Assembly (NCBI GenBank): GCA_045615065.1 | Contig: JAZLEB010000043.1 | Location: 1 to 56,918, forward strand | Origin: Candidatus Pelethomonas sp. | GTDB lineage: Bacteria > Bacillota > Clostridia > Oscillospirales > Oscillospiraceae | Length of the DNA stretch: 56,918 nt | Reading direction: 5' to 3' | Shown: positions 17,837 through 27,108 of the stretch, in pieces | Numbering within the stretch: position 1 is the stretch's first letter | How the letters are laid out: the number at the start of each line of letters is the position of its first letter | Position numbers and translations under genes: made by a program | Notes under the pieces: model-generated | What the model was told of the DNA's origin: nothing | Databases searched by the model: none | What the model saw: the letters and a program-made list of their open reading frames with translations, nothing else

Positions 17837-19720
17837 ATGAACGGTCTTTATCAAAAATATCTGGACAATCTAGCCGAGGGTCACGACCTCGCCAAAAAGA
17901 ATGTTTTTGCCGCCGCAGAGGACAAAGAAACCCTTCTGCTGACGATTCAGGAAAACTCCCGCCGCACCTACGAGCTGCGCCGCGAAAATGACGAGATCCT
18001 GAAAACACTCATTTATTCCCGCAAGGCGGAGGATCTGACCGAGAGCGATGTATCCGATCTCATCGAGTTTGCGAACAGACTTCACACCTTTTTGGCGCAG
18101 AATGATATCGGCGCATCCTATCGCGTCCATCAGCTGCTCTATGAGTATGCCCTTCTGAAGAACGATGTTGACCTGTGCATCCGCCAGCGTTACCACCTGG
18201 GCAGCAACCTATTCTACCTGAATCTGCAGATGCCGGAGCTTGGTCTTAACCTGTTCGGCAAGCAGATCACCGAATATTTCCGCCAGAACGCCGTGTATGT
18301 GGACCGCTGCGCCGAGTTTGAGAACAATCAGACCCGCGACTTTATTTTCCGCAGCACCTCAAACATGTGGCTGTCGGATGAATCCATTGCCTGTAAGCAC
18401 CAGCCCTGTGTGCCCTTTGACAACATGTCAAACTATCCGGCATTCAAGCAATACTATAAGGACATGATGGAGTTGTACACCTCCCCGCACAATCAGACGC
18501 TCCTCACCGATTTTCCCTGGGAGCAGGGTATTTTCAACCTGAACTTCAACCATTGCCAGTACTGCCAGGATATGAAAGTGCATCATCCCAAGGAGATCCG
18601 CGAGGCTGTGCTGGAGTCCGCGAAATATATTTACGACCATCGCCACGAATTCTCGGCAGCAAACAGCCCCGTGCAGAACGCGCAGATCAAGTATTTCTAT
18701 TATTCCGCGCAGTACAAAATGGGGCTGATCTCCGCCTCCGAGCTGATGGACTTCCTGATCGATCTGGCAAACACCGCCGATCCGGAAGATTACACCATGG
18801 AGGGTATTTCCCTCAATCTTCATATGCCCCAGCATTTGGAGTACATCTACCATCTCCTCAGCGACAAGGTGCGCGCCGCTTACACCGAGAAGCTGGAACA
18901 TTTTACCCAGGCTTCCCGGGAGTATCTGCGCAAAGCGCCTCACAACGAGTTCAGCAATGTGGTTACTCACGCCGTTGCGGAGAGTATCCGCTTCCGCGTA
19001 TACCACGATCAAAATCTCCAGCAGGAAATGTTCAACGCGCTGCTGTTCTGCCATCCTCCTACGTATATTCATGTGCAGATGACCGCTACACTCAGCCGCA
19101 TTCTGATGATCCGCATGGCGAAAACCATGCCGGAAAAGCTAGTCGGTGTTTACGGTTTGTACGATCCTGACACGATCCGCAATATTGCTGAAGAGCTCGG
19201 CGACCGCATTTGGATGTGCGCCCTGTATCACGATGTGGGCAAGCTGATGCTTTTGGATTTCATCAGTATTTACGGCCGCCAGCTGTTGGACGAGGAATTC
19301 ACCGCCATCAAGCTGCACCCTCAGATCGGTTCAGCTATACTGGATCACATCAACGCGCCGGACTTCTCCGCCGTTTCGCTTCATCACCACCGATTCTACA
19401 ACGGTCAGGGCGGCTATCCCGGGCAATGTCCCCCCTGCTCCTCCCGCTACAAGGCGCTGGTGGATATCGTTACCATCTGCGACTCCATCGATGCCGCGAC
19501 AGATGACATTGGCCGCTGTTACTCCACCGCGAAAAACTTCCGACAGATCATTGACGAGCTGCGCCAGCAGAGCGGCACACGCTACTCCCCCGATGTGGTG
19601 GCACTCTTCGATGACGAGAACTTCTACAAAACCGTTGAAGAGACTCTTGAGCGCACCCGCAGGGATATCTACTTTGAGGTTTACGGAAACGGTAAATTCT
19701 CCGCATCTATTCATGATTGA
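17837..19720 (+). CDS. HD-GYP domain protein (putative cyclic-di-GMP phosphodiesterase) with a ~420-aa N-terminal region I do not recognise
   Basis: C-terminal YHDVGKLML...IKLHPQIGSAIL...LHHHRFYNGQGGYPG matches the HD ... HHExxDGxGYP pattern. Confidence 0.75.
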   Translation: MNGLYQKYLDNLAEGHDLAKKNVFAAAEDKETLLLTIQENSRRTYELRRENDEILKTLIYSRKAEDLTESDVSDLIEFANRLHTFLAQNDIGASYRVHQLLYEYALLKNDVDLCIRQRYHLGSNLFYLNLQMPELGLNLFGKQITEYFRQNAVYVDRCAEFENNQTRDFIFRSTSNMWLSDESIACKHQPCVPFDNMSNYPAFKQYYKDMMELYTSPHNQTLLTDFPWEQGIFNLNFNHCQYCQDMKVHHPKEIREAVLESAKYIYDHRHEFSAANSPVQNAQIKYFYYSAQYKMGLISASELMDFLIDLANTADPEDYTMEGISLNLHMPQHLEYIYHLLSDKVRAAYTEKLEHFTQASREYLRKAPHNEFSNVVTHAVAESIRFRVYHDQNLQQEMFNALLFCHPPTYIHVQMTATLSRILMIRMAKTMPEKLVGVYGLYDPDTIRNIAEELGDRIWMCALYHDVGKLMLLDFISIYGRQLLDEEFTAIKLHPQIGSAILDHINAPDFSAVSLHHHRFYNGQGGYPGQCPPCSSRYKALVDIVTICDSIDAATDDIGRCYSTAKNFRQIIDELRQQSGTRYSPDVVALFDDENFYKTVEETLERTRRDIYFEVYGNGKFSASIHD

Positions 19721-19728
19721 TCAGAAAA

Positions 19729-19769
19729 ACAGGAGCATTGCAAAGTATTTGCAATGCTCCTGTTTTTTA
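19729..19769. terminator. Bidirectional rho-independent terminator between convergent genes
   Basis: 16-bp perfect stem (acaggagcattgcaaa / tttgcaatgctcctgt), 3-nt loop, A-run upstream and T-run 19764-19769 downstream. It overlaps the stop codon of the minus-strand acyltransferase gene. Confidence 0.8.
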
Positions 19770-21071
19770 TTGTTCGGTTTTTGCGGCACGGGCAGCCTTT
19801 TTCTTTTCCACACGCTCCGCCATTTTGATCTTATACAGTTCCTCAGTGGCAAAGCTCAGCTTTGTAACCACATTCTGCTTTACGGGATAACAATAGAGAC
19901 TATCATTCTCTGTGGAGATATCGATACAATCGTCGGGGCGGACATAGCAGTAGTCATACTCCACGTGTACGCCGTACATACCCAGCGGCGGGCGGTGAAT
20001 GAGATAGGGTTTTCCGTTGTATTCACCCTCCACCACAAAACCGTCCTCCACGCTGTGGGTCAGCTTGCCCTTGCCAAGCTTTTGGAACCGCCAGGCATTG
20101 GGCAGCGAGAAGATCTCCACCTCGTCCTCAAAGTGGTATGTCCCCTCCTCCAGCTGTTTGCGAACCTGAGCGCGTTCCCACTCAAACCAATCGGGAATAT
20201 GAGAAAACTCCGTTTCGCCCTCCACCGCGTGAAGCTGCCCCAGCGTATCCATCTCCCACTCCTTGCCGCACGATTCGCACTTCAAGCGGGCACCGGAGCT
20301 GGTCATACGGCTCTCAGTCATGCAATGGGGACACTGGTATAGAACTTTATGTAAACCTTCCGCGCGGAACGGTTCATCGATATGGATGTTGTTCTCTTTC
20401 TGCCAGCGGTATTCGTCATACTCCATGGCCTTGCGGATGATCTCACCGATCTCCTCCGCCGATTTCTCCCGCACTTCATCAGCTGTGAGGATCTGGGTCA
20501 TGGTGGAATACAGGGGAACCTTGCGGGGCTTGCGGTAGTTCCAGAACGGGGTGTGAAGATAGTTTCCGTGGTGCAGCAGCACGACCACAGGCACATTCTG
20601 CATCTTCACCATTTTACCAAGGGAATCCGGCAAAATGGCGGTGGTACCGATGGGAGAATAGCGAGCTTCCGGATACATACACATAATGTCGCCGTACTCA
20701 TGCAGTACCTTCTTGACTGAGCGCAGCAGTGTCATATCAGTGGTGAACTTGCGCTTACACATACATCCGATCCACTCCATCAGGAAAGGCCGGCGGTAGT
20801 AGCCGTCCACCGTGGCAATATTATTGAGCCGGTGAGGGAATGTGGCAATAAAACTCAGATGGAAATCCACAAAGTACATATGGTTGCACAGGAGGATATA
20901 GGGCGGCTTGAGTCCTTCCATATTGATCTTATCGATCTTGTACTTCTGCCCGATCATGCTGAATCCGCACAGCGCGCGCAGAAGACCGGTGAACAAAAAG
21001 CTCTGCCGCAGCGGGGGCCGCGTGGTGTCATAACGGCGCAGTTTGCCGTAATCAACATCAATGGTTTGCAT
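19767..21071 (-). CDS. PlsC-family acyltransferase (1-acyl-sn-glycerol-3-phosphate acyltransferase-like) with an internal zinc-ribbon motif
   Basis: HX4D motif in LLCNHMYFVDF. CPHC...CESCG pair at YQCPHCMTESRMTSSGARLKCESCGKEW. Start trimmed to MQTIDVDYGKL (GGAAGGAGA RBS). Confidence 0.75.
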   Translation of the reverse strand: MQTIDVDYGKLRRYDTTRPPLRQSFLFTGLLRALCGFSMIGQKYKIDKINMEGLKPPYILLCNHMYFVDFHLSFIATFPHRLNNIATVDGYYRRPFLMEWIGCMCKRKFTTDMTLLRSVKKVLHEYGDIMCMYPEARYSPIGTTAILPDSLGKMVKMQNVPVVVLLHHGNYLHTPFWNYRKPRKVPLYSTMTQILTADEVREKSAEEIGEIIRKAMEYDEYRWQKENNIHIDEPFRAEGLHKVLYQCPHCMTESRMTSSGARLKCESCGKEWEMDTLGQLHAVEGETEFSHIPDWFEWERAQVRKQLEEGTYHFEDEVEIFSLPNAWRFQKLGKGKLTHSVEDGFVVEGEYNGKPYLIHRPPLGMYGVHVEYDYCYVRPDDCIDISTENDSLYCYPVKQNVVTKLSFATEELYKIKMAERVEKKKAARAAKTEQ

Positions 21072-21118
21072 AGCATCTCCTTCCGGGCAGTCCAGCCCAT
21101 TTACACACAATTACACTG

Positions 21119-22510
21119 TTACTCCGCTTTAGGGAGTTTTTTCCGCCGCTTGAAGCCGCCATGGTTGATGTAATATCTCACGATAAAGAAGAATATCACA
21201 TGAGCCAGCGCGGTGATCGCCCAGCTGATGGGATAGGAAATATAGAGACAGGCCGGCGTGGGGTATGCCTGAAACACCGTTGCGATCCACAGCAGACGGA
21301 AAGCGCAGGAGCCTGCCAGCGACACGATCATAGGCACCACAGACTGACCCAAACCGCGAAGGATACCGACCATGATATCCATAAAGGCACACAGAAAATG
21401 GAATGCCGCCACATAACCGAGTCTGATCACGGCCTGCTCAATGACCTCCGTTTCTCCCGGAGCATACAGGGATGTGAGAGGCGCGCCGAAGTAGTAGATG
21501 AGATTGCCCACGATCACACTAACGACCGTGCCGTACACAAGGCACAGCACTGAGATCTTATCCACACGCTTGCGCTGCCCGGCACCGTGGTTCTGACTGA
21601 CAAAGGTCAGCGCCGCCTGATGGAAGGCATTGGTGCAGACATAGATGAAGCCCTCGATATTGCCCGCAGCAGAGGAACCGGCCACCACAGAGGAACCGAA
21701 GCTGTTGATGGAGGACTGGATCACAACGTTGGAAATGGAGAACAGGGTGCTCTGCAGACCGGCGGGCAGACCTACGCGCATAATGCGCTTTACGGTGCGC
21801 CAATCCAGTGTGAGTGCTTTCAGGTCGAGGTGCATAACACCATCTTCACGCATCAGTGTCAGCAGAACAAGCACCGCGGAGACATACTGGGAGATGATGG
21901 TAGCCAGCGCAACACCCGCAACACTCATCTTCAGCGGGATCACAAAAATCAGGTTCAGCACTACATTCATTACGCCCGCGATCGTAAGGTAGTAGAGCGG
22001 ACGGCGGGTATCACCCTTCGCGCGCAGGATCGCCGCGCCGAAGTTGTAGAGCAGATTGCCCGGCATACCCAAAAAGTAAATCTTCAGGTACAGTGCGGCA
22101 AGGTCAATAACATCCTCAGGTGAGGACATCAGCTCCAGCATTTGGCGGGACAGGCAAAAACCTGCCACAGCAAGGATCACACCGCCGAGAAGCGCAAGTG
22201 TGATGGAGGTATGTACACTGCGGCGGACATGATCTTCCTTTCCCGCGCCCAGATCACGGGCGATGACCACATTGGAACCCACGGAAAGGCCGATAAAGAG
22301 GTTGATAAAGAGATTGATCAGGGAACCATTGGAACCGACAGCCGCCAGCGCCTCTTTGCCCGCGAACTGACCGACCACTACCACGTCTGCTGCGTTAAAC
22401 AGCAGCTGCAGGAGGCCGGAAAGCATCAGCGGCAGGGCAAACACAAGGAGCTTACCCGTCAGAGGGCCATTGAGCATATCGATCTCATAACCGGTTTTCT
22501 TTTTCTGCAT
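21119..22510 (-). CDS. MATE-family efflux transporter
   Basis: 463 aa with ~12 hydrophobic segments. The N-terminus, GPLTGKLLVFALPLMLSGLLQLLFNAADVVVVGQF, is typical of MATE (NorM/DinF) proteins. Confidence 0.85.
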   Translation of the reverse strand: MQKKKTGYEIDMLNGPLTGKLLVFALPLMLSGLLQLLFNAADVVVVGQFAGKEALAAVGSNGSLINLFINLFIGLSVGSNVVIARDLGAGKEDHVRRSVHTSITLALLGGVILAVAGFCLSRQMLELMSSPEDVIDLAALYLKIYFLGMPGNLLYNFGAAILRAKGDTRRPLYYLTIAGVMNVVLNLIFVIPLKMSVAGVALATIISQYVSAVLVLLTLMREDGVMHLDLKALTLDWRTVKRIMRVGLPAGLQSTLFSISNVVIQSSINSFGSSVVAGSSAAGNIEGFIYVCTNAFHQAALTFVSQNHGAGQRKRVDKISVLCLVYGTVVSVIVGNLIYYFGAPLTSLYAPGETEVIEQAVIRLGYVAAFHFLCAFMDIMVGILRGLGQSVVPMIVSLAGSCAFRLLWIATVFQAYPTPACLYISYPISWAITALAHVIFFFIVRYYINHGGFKRRKKLPKAE

Positions 22511-22604
22511 CGTAAACTGTCACCTTCTGTTCTGTTGATCCGCGGTTATTACACTCTCTAATCTATTATTTTATCATATTTTTACCCAAAGAACAACATC
22601 TTTT

Positions 22605-22638
22605 CAAAAAACCACCACCGAACAAAATCGGTGGTGGT
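22605..22638 (-). terminator. Rho-independent terminator downstream of the sigma-factor fragment
   Basis: 10-bp stem (accaccaccg / cggtggtggt). The A-run at 22605-22610 is a T-run on the minus strand. It lies 12 nt after the 22650 stop. Confidence 0.7.
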
Positions 22639-22649
22639 TCATCATTTCT

Positions 22650-23141
22650 TTACAGGTTTTTCCGAATAGATTTCAGAGCGTTTTTCTCCAGACGGCTCAC
22701 CTGCGCCTGCGAGATACCCACCTCATTGGACACCTCCATCTGTGTCTTCCCTTCATAAAACCGCAGGGCAAGGATCCTTTGTTCCCGCTCCCCCAGGCGG
22801 TCCATCGCTTCCTTCAGCGCCATACGTTCCAGCCATTGCTCGTCTGTATTCTTATTGTCACGCACCTGATCCATGACACACACCGCGTCGCCGCTGTCGG
22901 AATAGACAGGCTCGAAAAGACTCACAGGATCAACGATCGCGTCCATGGCAAACACCACCTCTTCCCGCGGTATCCCCAACTCCTTTGCGATCTGCTCCAC
23001 GGTAGGCTCCCGCTGATCAATGTTCATCAGCTTTTCCCGCGCCTGCATCACCCGGTAGGCTGTATCCCGCATACTGCGGCTGACGCGAATGGCACTGTTG
23101 TCTCTGAGATAGCGGCGAATCTCACCAACGATCATCGGGAC
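22650..23141 (-). pseudogene. sigG: 3' fragment (regions 2.4-4) of a forespore-type sporulation sigma factor, SigG-like, truncated by the ICE insertion
   Basis: VPMIVGEIRRYLRDNSAIRVSRSMRDTAY...DAIVDPVSLFEPVYSDSGDAVCVMDQVRDNKNTDEQW...GKTQMEVSNEVGISQAQVSRLEKNAL tracks my memory of B. subtilis SigG (VPMIIGEIRRYLRDNNPIRVSRSLRD...DPVSLFEPIYNDGGD...ISQAQVSRLEKAA). The universal FSTYA before VPMI is missing, replaced by ...SFGLRKF. The frame hits TAA about 20 codons upstream, so regions 1.2-2.3 are absent here. Confidence 0.7.
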
Positions 23142-23177
23142 GAATTTCCGAAGTCCAAATGAAAGGACTACAATAAT

Positions 23178-23780
23178 ATGACTCGGAAATTAGCCCTTCA
23201 GGAAGCCATTCAAATCATTGAAAACACAGGGATTGAGCCGCAAAAGAAAGCAGAGATCATCAAGGGGTTACAGCTTTGCGTTGTGGAACTTCCTTTCGCG
23301 CTTTGGTCAGAGAATGCCATCTTTGATGCTTGCGAACAGTTTGTTATGGAGCATGGTCATATCAGACTTTGCGATTTTAACTATGCCGGACTTCCCTCGC
23401 ATCCTACGATCAAGAACCGCTTTGGTATGACCGCCAAAGAGTTTCGGGATAAGTATTTCCCCCTCCCCGATACCCCGGAATTTCAGCCGAAGTATCGCCT
23501 TGAGGATAAGGAACAATGGAACGCACTGTTTATCAGCGAGTTCCATCGTATCCGATGTACCAGTGAACAGCAATACAATGAAAAACGCTCTAAGGATGCT
23601 CCGGTCTGGCAGACGGTGGTTCGCCTTAACGGACTCAAAACATGGAGAGAGCTGTTGGCCGTATTGGAACTGGATACATATAAGCCGGAACGCCCCGTGT
23701 TATCCGTATCAATTCAACTACCGGATGCTATTCCAAGTAAGAAGAAAGACGGCGTCATGTCGTATCATAAGAACAAGTAA
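23178..23780 (+). CDS. Hypothetical protein (first ICE gene)
   Basis: 200-aa ORF with coding-like composition and no motif I recognise. Confidence 0.55.
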   Translation: MTRKLALQEAIQIIENTGIEPQKKAEIIKGLQLCVVELPFALWSENAIFDACEQFVMEHGHIRLCDFNYAGLPSHPTIKNRFGMTAKEFRDKYFPLPDTPEFQPKYRLEDKEQWNALFISEFHRIRCTSEQQYNEKRSKDAPVWQTVVRLNGLKTWRELLAVLELDTYKPERPVLSVSIQLPDAIPSKKKDGVMSYHKNK

Positions 23781-23854
23781 ATAAGGAATCAGGGGCGTTT
23801 CATCCTTTCGTTGAAACGCCCTTTTTTCATACCAAAAAATGGAGGTGATTATAA

Positions 23855-24727
23855 ATGAGCAGTACCGAACAGGAAGTTGTGCAGCAGATCCCGCTGACCG
23901 AGTTGCACCCATTCCCCGACCATCCATTCAAGATTCGGGATGATGAATCGATGCGTGAGACTGCTGAAAGTATCAAGGAGTATGGCGTGCTTGTTCCGGC
24001 GCTTGCGAGACCCCGTAAGAAGGGCGGCTATGAGTTGATTGCAGGACACCGCCGCAAACACGGCTGCGAGCTTGCCGGTCTGGAAACCATGCCCGTCATT
24101 GTCCGTGATATAGACAAGGACACGGCGACGATCATCATGGTAGACAGCAACCTTCAGCGAGAAAATATCCTGCCGTCAGAGCGGGCGCAGGCTTACAAGA
24201 TGAAGCTGGATGCAATCAAACGCCGAGCCGGCAGACCCGCAAAAGGCGAAAAACGAAATTCGCCGAAAATTTCGGCGAATTTCCGAAGCGATGATGAGAT
24301 TGGCACGGACGCAGGAGTCAGTGGCGATACCATACGCAACTACATTTCACTGACCCAGCTTGTTCCGGAACTTCAGCAAATGGTGGACGATAAGAAAATT
24401 GCCCTTACCCCTGCATATCAGCTTTCATCGTTGACACCGGAGGAACAGCAGCTTCTTCTCATTACAATCGACAGCGAACAGGCTACCCCCTCGCTTTCCC
24501 AAGCACAACGCATGAAGAAGCTGAGCCAGGACGGAAAACTGAACGAGGACACCATGTTGGAGATTATGATAGAGCCGAAGAGGACTGAAAAAGAGGATGT
24601 TACCCTCTCCGGAAGTAAACTCCGCAAATACTTTCCGCGCTCTTATACCCCTCTGCAAATAGAAACTACGATCTTCAAACTGCTGGATGCATGGCTGAGA
24701 AAGCGGCAGCGGGATCAGAGCAGATAA
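23855..24727 (+). CDS. ParB/Spo0J-like N-terminal-domain protein
   Basis: IPLTELHPFPDHPFKIRDDESMRETAESIKEYGVLVPALARPRKKGGYELIAGHRRKHGCELAGLETMPVIV is the ParB-box/GxxRxxA region. AGGTGA RBS. Confidence 0.85.
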   Translation: MSSTEQEVVQQIPLTELHPFPDHPFKIRDDESMRETAESIKEYGVLVPALARPRKKGGYELIAGHRRKHGCELAGLETMPVIVRDIDKDTATIIMVDSNLQRENILPSERAQAYKMKLDAIKRRAGRPAKGEKRNSPKISANFRSDDEIGTDAGVSGDTIRNYISLTQLVPELQQMVDDKKIALTPAYQLSSLTPEEQQLLLITIDSEQATPSLSQAQRMKKLSQDGKLNEDTMLEIMIEPKRTEKEDVTLSGSKLRKYFPRSYTPLQIETTIFKLLDAWLRKRQRDQSR

Positions 24728-24797
24728 CCAAATACTACGGGTACCGGACAGAGATTTCTTTGTCCGGATTTTTTATGCCCAAAATCAGGAGGAACCC

Positions 24798-25088
24798 ATG
24801 TATATCAACGGAAACGATGTGTCGAAAACGGGCATTGATTGCAACGGCATCGGTGGTCACAGTGAGCTTGATGTCAAGCGTTACCACAACGACACCCGGC
24901 ACATGATTATCTACGATACCCACAGCAATTCCCCTATGGGGGAACAGTGTGCGCGTCTGCGGCAGTTTCTCACCGAGGAGGAATATGCCGCTGCAAAAGA
25001 GGCCGAACAACTCGGCAATATCAGAATCGCAAAACACGCCGCTATCGTCGAAGGACACATCCTTTGGGACAGAAAGCGGCGTAGATAA
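24798..25088 (+). CDS. Small hypothetical protein
   Basis: 96-aa ORF preceded by a strong AGGAGG RBS (aatcaggaggaacccATG). Confidence 0.5.
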   Translation: MYINGNDVSKTGIDCNGIGGHSELDVKRYHNDTRHMIIYDTHSNSPMGEQCARLRQFLTEEEYAAAKEAEQLGNIRIAKHAAIVEGHILWDRKRRR

Positions 25089-25115
25089 ATAACAAATTGG
25101 AAAGGAATGATGTAT

Positions 25116-25967
25116 ATGGCTGTATTTCGTGTGGAGAGGACACGGGATTATACAGTGATGTGTAATTGCCATTTAAGGGACAGTGATCTGTCTCTCAAAG
25201 CAAAGGGATTGTTGTCCATGATGCTGTCTTTGCCGGAGGAGTGGAACTATACAACCCGAGGTTTGGCGACCATCTGCAAGGAGGGGGTGGACGCCATCGG
25301 TAAAGCACTCAAAGAACTGGAGCTGGCAGGCTATATTGTCCGCCGTCAGCTTCGCGGTAAGGATGGGCGGATCTCCGACACGGAGTACACCATCTTTGAG
25401 CGTCCTCAGACAGAAAAACCGGATACGCCTTCACCGGATACGGAAAAGCCGTATATGGTAAAACCGGATATGGATTCGCCAGATACGGAAAACCACGCGC
25501 AATTAAATAAAGATATATTAAATACTCAAAAATCAAATACTGATCAATCAAATACTCATTCATTCTTTCCTTCGGAAAGTACATACACGCCTGCGGCGGA
25601 GGGACTGACGGACGGAATTTTTGAGAGAGAAGAAATCAGAGATCAGATTGATTACTTTGCCATCAGCAGTCGGTATGACCAAGCACAGCTTGACGAGTTG
25701 GTGGAGATCATGTTGGAAGTTAAGTTGAATCGCAGTCCCACCATCAAAATCGGTCGGGACGCTGAATATCCTACCAACTATGTGCAGCAGCGGTTTGAGC
25801 AGGTCAGCTCCATGCATATCGAAAAGGTCATGGACGGTATCCGGGAGAACACGCCCCGCGTTCGGAATACCAGAGCGTATCTTCTCGCGGCGTTGTTCAA
25901 TTCTGTTTCCACCATCGACAACCACTACGCCATGCTGGTCAATCATGATTTCAAGTGCAGTCCGTAA
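25116..25967 (+). CDS. Winged-helix/HTH protein, putative ICE replication initiator (RepA_N- or DnaD-like N-terminus)
   Basis: MAVFRVERTRDYTVMCNCHLRDSDLSLKAKGLLSMMLSLPEEWNYTTRGLATICKEGVDAIGKALKELELAGYIVRRQL... The central part is low-complexity and encoded by short direct DNA repeats (see finding). Start trimmed to the third ATG. Confidence 0.55.
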   Translation: MAVFRVERTRDYTVMCNCHLRDSDLSLKAKGLLSMMLSLPEEWNYTTRGLATICKEGVDAIGKALKELELAGYIVRRQLRGKDGRISDTEYTIFERPQTEKPDTPSPDTEKPYMVKPDMDSPDTENHAQLNKDILNTQKSNTDQSNTHSFFPSESTYTPAAEGLTDGIFEREEIRDQIDYFAISSRYDQAQLDELVEIMLEVKLNRSPTIKIGRDAEYPTNYVQQRFEQVSSMHIEKVMDGIRENTPRVRNTRAYLLAALFNSVSTIDNHYAMLVNHDFKCSP

Positions 25968-26015
25968 GGGCTGCTTTTTTTGTGCCCGTACACTGGGAGA
26001 AAGGACAACAATGCT

Positions 26016-26360
26016 ATGAAACGACCTCTTGCATACATCACCGCTCCGTGGAGCGACAACGAGTTTGAGAATACCGAGAAAGCGGCTAAGTATTGCCGCG
26101 CGGTCTATGATGCCGGATTCTCTCCCATCTGCCCAATCCTGTTTCTGCCCCTGTTTCTCAGTGATGCTGTTCCGCAGGAGCATAAGGACGGCATCGACAT
26201 GGCGCGGGATTATCTGCGTCGCTCTCATGTGCTAGTCGTTTGCGGTGATACCGTGAATGAAGCCATGAAGAACGACATTGCGGTTGCCGAGCGGCTGCGC
26301 ATTACAGCCACTACGCTCGGCGGCATTCTGACCGTGAAAGGACAGGGCAGAAAACAGTGA
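26016..26360 (+). CDS. Small alpha/beta protein, possibly DUF4406 / nucleoside 2-deoxyribosyltransferase-like
   Basis: MKRPLAYITAPWSDNEFENTEKAAKYCRAVYDAGFSPICPILFLP...VLVVCGD. The family assignment is a weak recollection. Confidence 0.4.
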   Translation: MKRPLAYITAPWSDNEFENTEKAAKYCRAVYDAGFSPICPILFLPLFLSDAVPQEHKDGIDMARDYLRRSHVLVVCGDTVNEAMKNDIAVAERLRITATTLGGILTVKGQGRKQ

Positions 26361-26477
26361 TACATAGAAAACTGCTTCGTCGGCTGGTGGTTCCACCCTA
26401 GCGGAACTGCTGTTGCCCGACCCGACGAACAACAATGACCGCATCTGCGGAGAAAACGAAAACTGGAGGTATGCCTT

Positions 26478-27041
26478 ATGGCTCACTACAACACTAACGA
26501 AAAGAAACCCGATTCCAAAAAGTTCCTCAAGACCGCAGGCGTGGTCATTCTGATTCTGCTCATCACCATCCTTGTTGCACTTTCTCTGCGAGGTTGCTCC
26601 ACGGATGCTGAAGCAAAAGGTGATTCCTTTACCAGCGGTCTGGTCTATGACGACAGCGCAATTGTCGGAGGTTGGATCGAAGCCGATGAAGATGCTATCA
26701 TCGCCGGTCTGAACGAGAAGGTGGAGGAAGGCATGATCAACATCAGCATGAACACCTCTCCTGTTTTTGCGGATGGCACTTCCGAGGGCAATCTGATGAT
26801 CGTCAACGAGGAGATCAACAACTATCCTCAGATCGTTGAGATCACCCGCAACGACACTGGCGAGGTCATCTACAGATCCGGCGGTATCCCCGTGGGCAGC
26901 AAGATTGAAACCGCAAAGCTGGCTGTCGATCTGCCTTCCGGTACTTACGAGTGTACTGCCATGTTCCACAGCGTTGATCCCGAAACCGGTGCATCCCTTG
27001 GCTGCGCCGGTGCGGTTATCACCATCACTATCCAGCAGTAA
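26478..27041 (+). CDS. N-terminally membrane-anchored extracytoplasmic protein, function unknown
   Basis: KKFLKTAGVVILILLITILVALSL is a transmembrane segment followed by a ~140-aa beta-rich domain. GGAGGT RBS. Confidence 0.6.
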   Translation: MAHYNTNEKKPDSKKFLKTAGVVILILLITILVALSLRGCSTDAEAKGDSFTSGLVYDDSAIVGGWIEADEDAIIAGLNEKVEEGMINISMNTSPVFADGTSEGNLMIVNEEINNYPQIVEITRNDTGEVIYRSGGIPVGSKIETAKLAVDLPSGTYECTAMFHSVDPETGASLGCAGAVITITIQQ

Positions 27042-27108
27042 GAAACTGCTATCCAACAACACAACAAATTTCTGAATGCCTTACAAGGCGGAAAAGGAGA
27101 ACTACAAC

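Noticed and set aside
22650-23135. Treating 22650..23135 as an intact small sigma or regulatory protein starting at the annotated Met.
   Set aside because: The Met is the internal M of the conserved VPMI(I/V)GEI motif. The product would lack sigma regions 1.2-2.3 (core binding and -10 recognition), and there is no RBS. It is better explained as a truncated gene.
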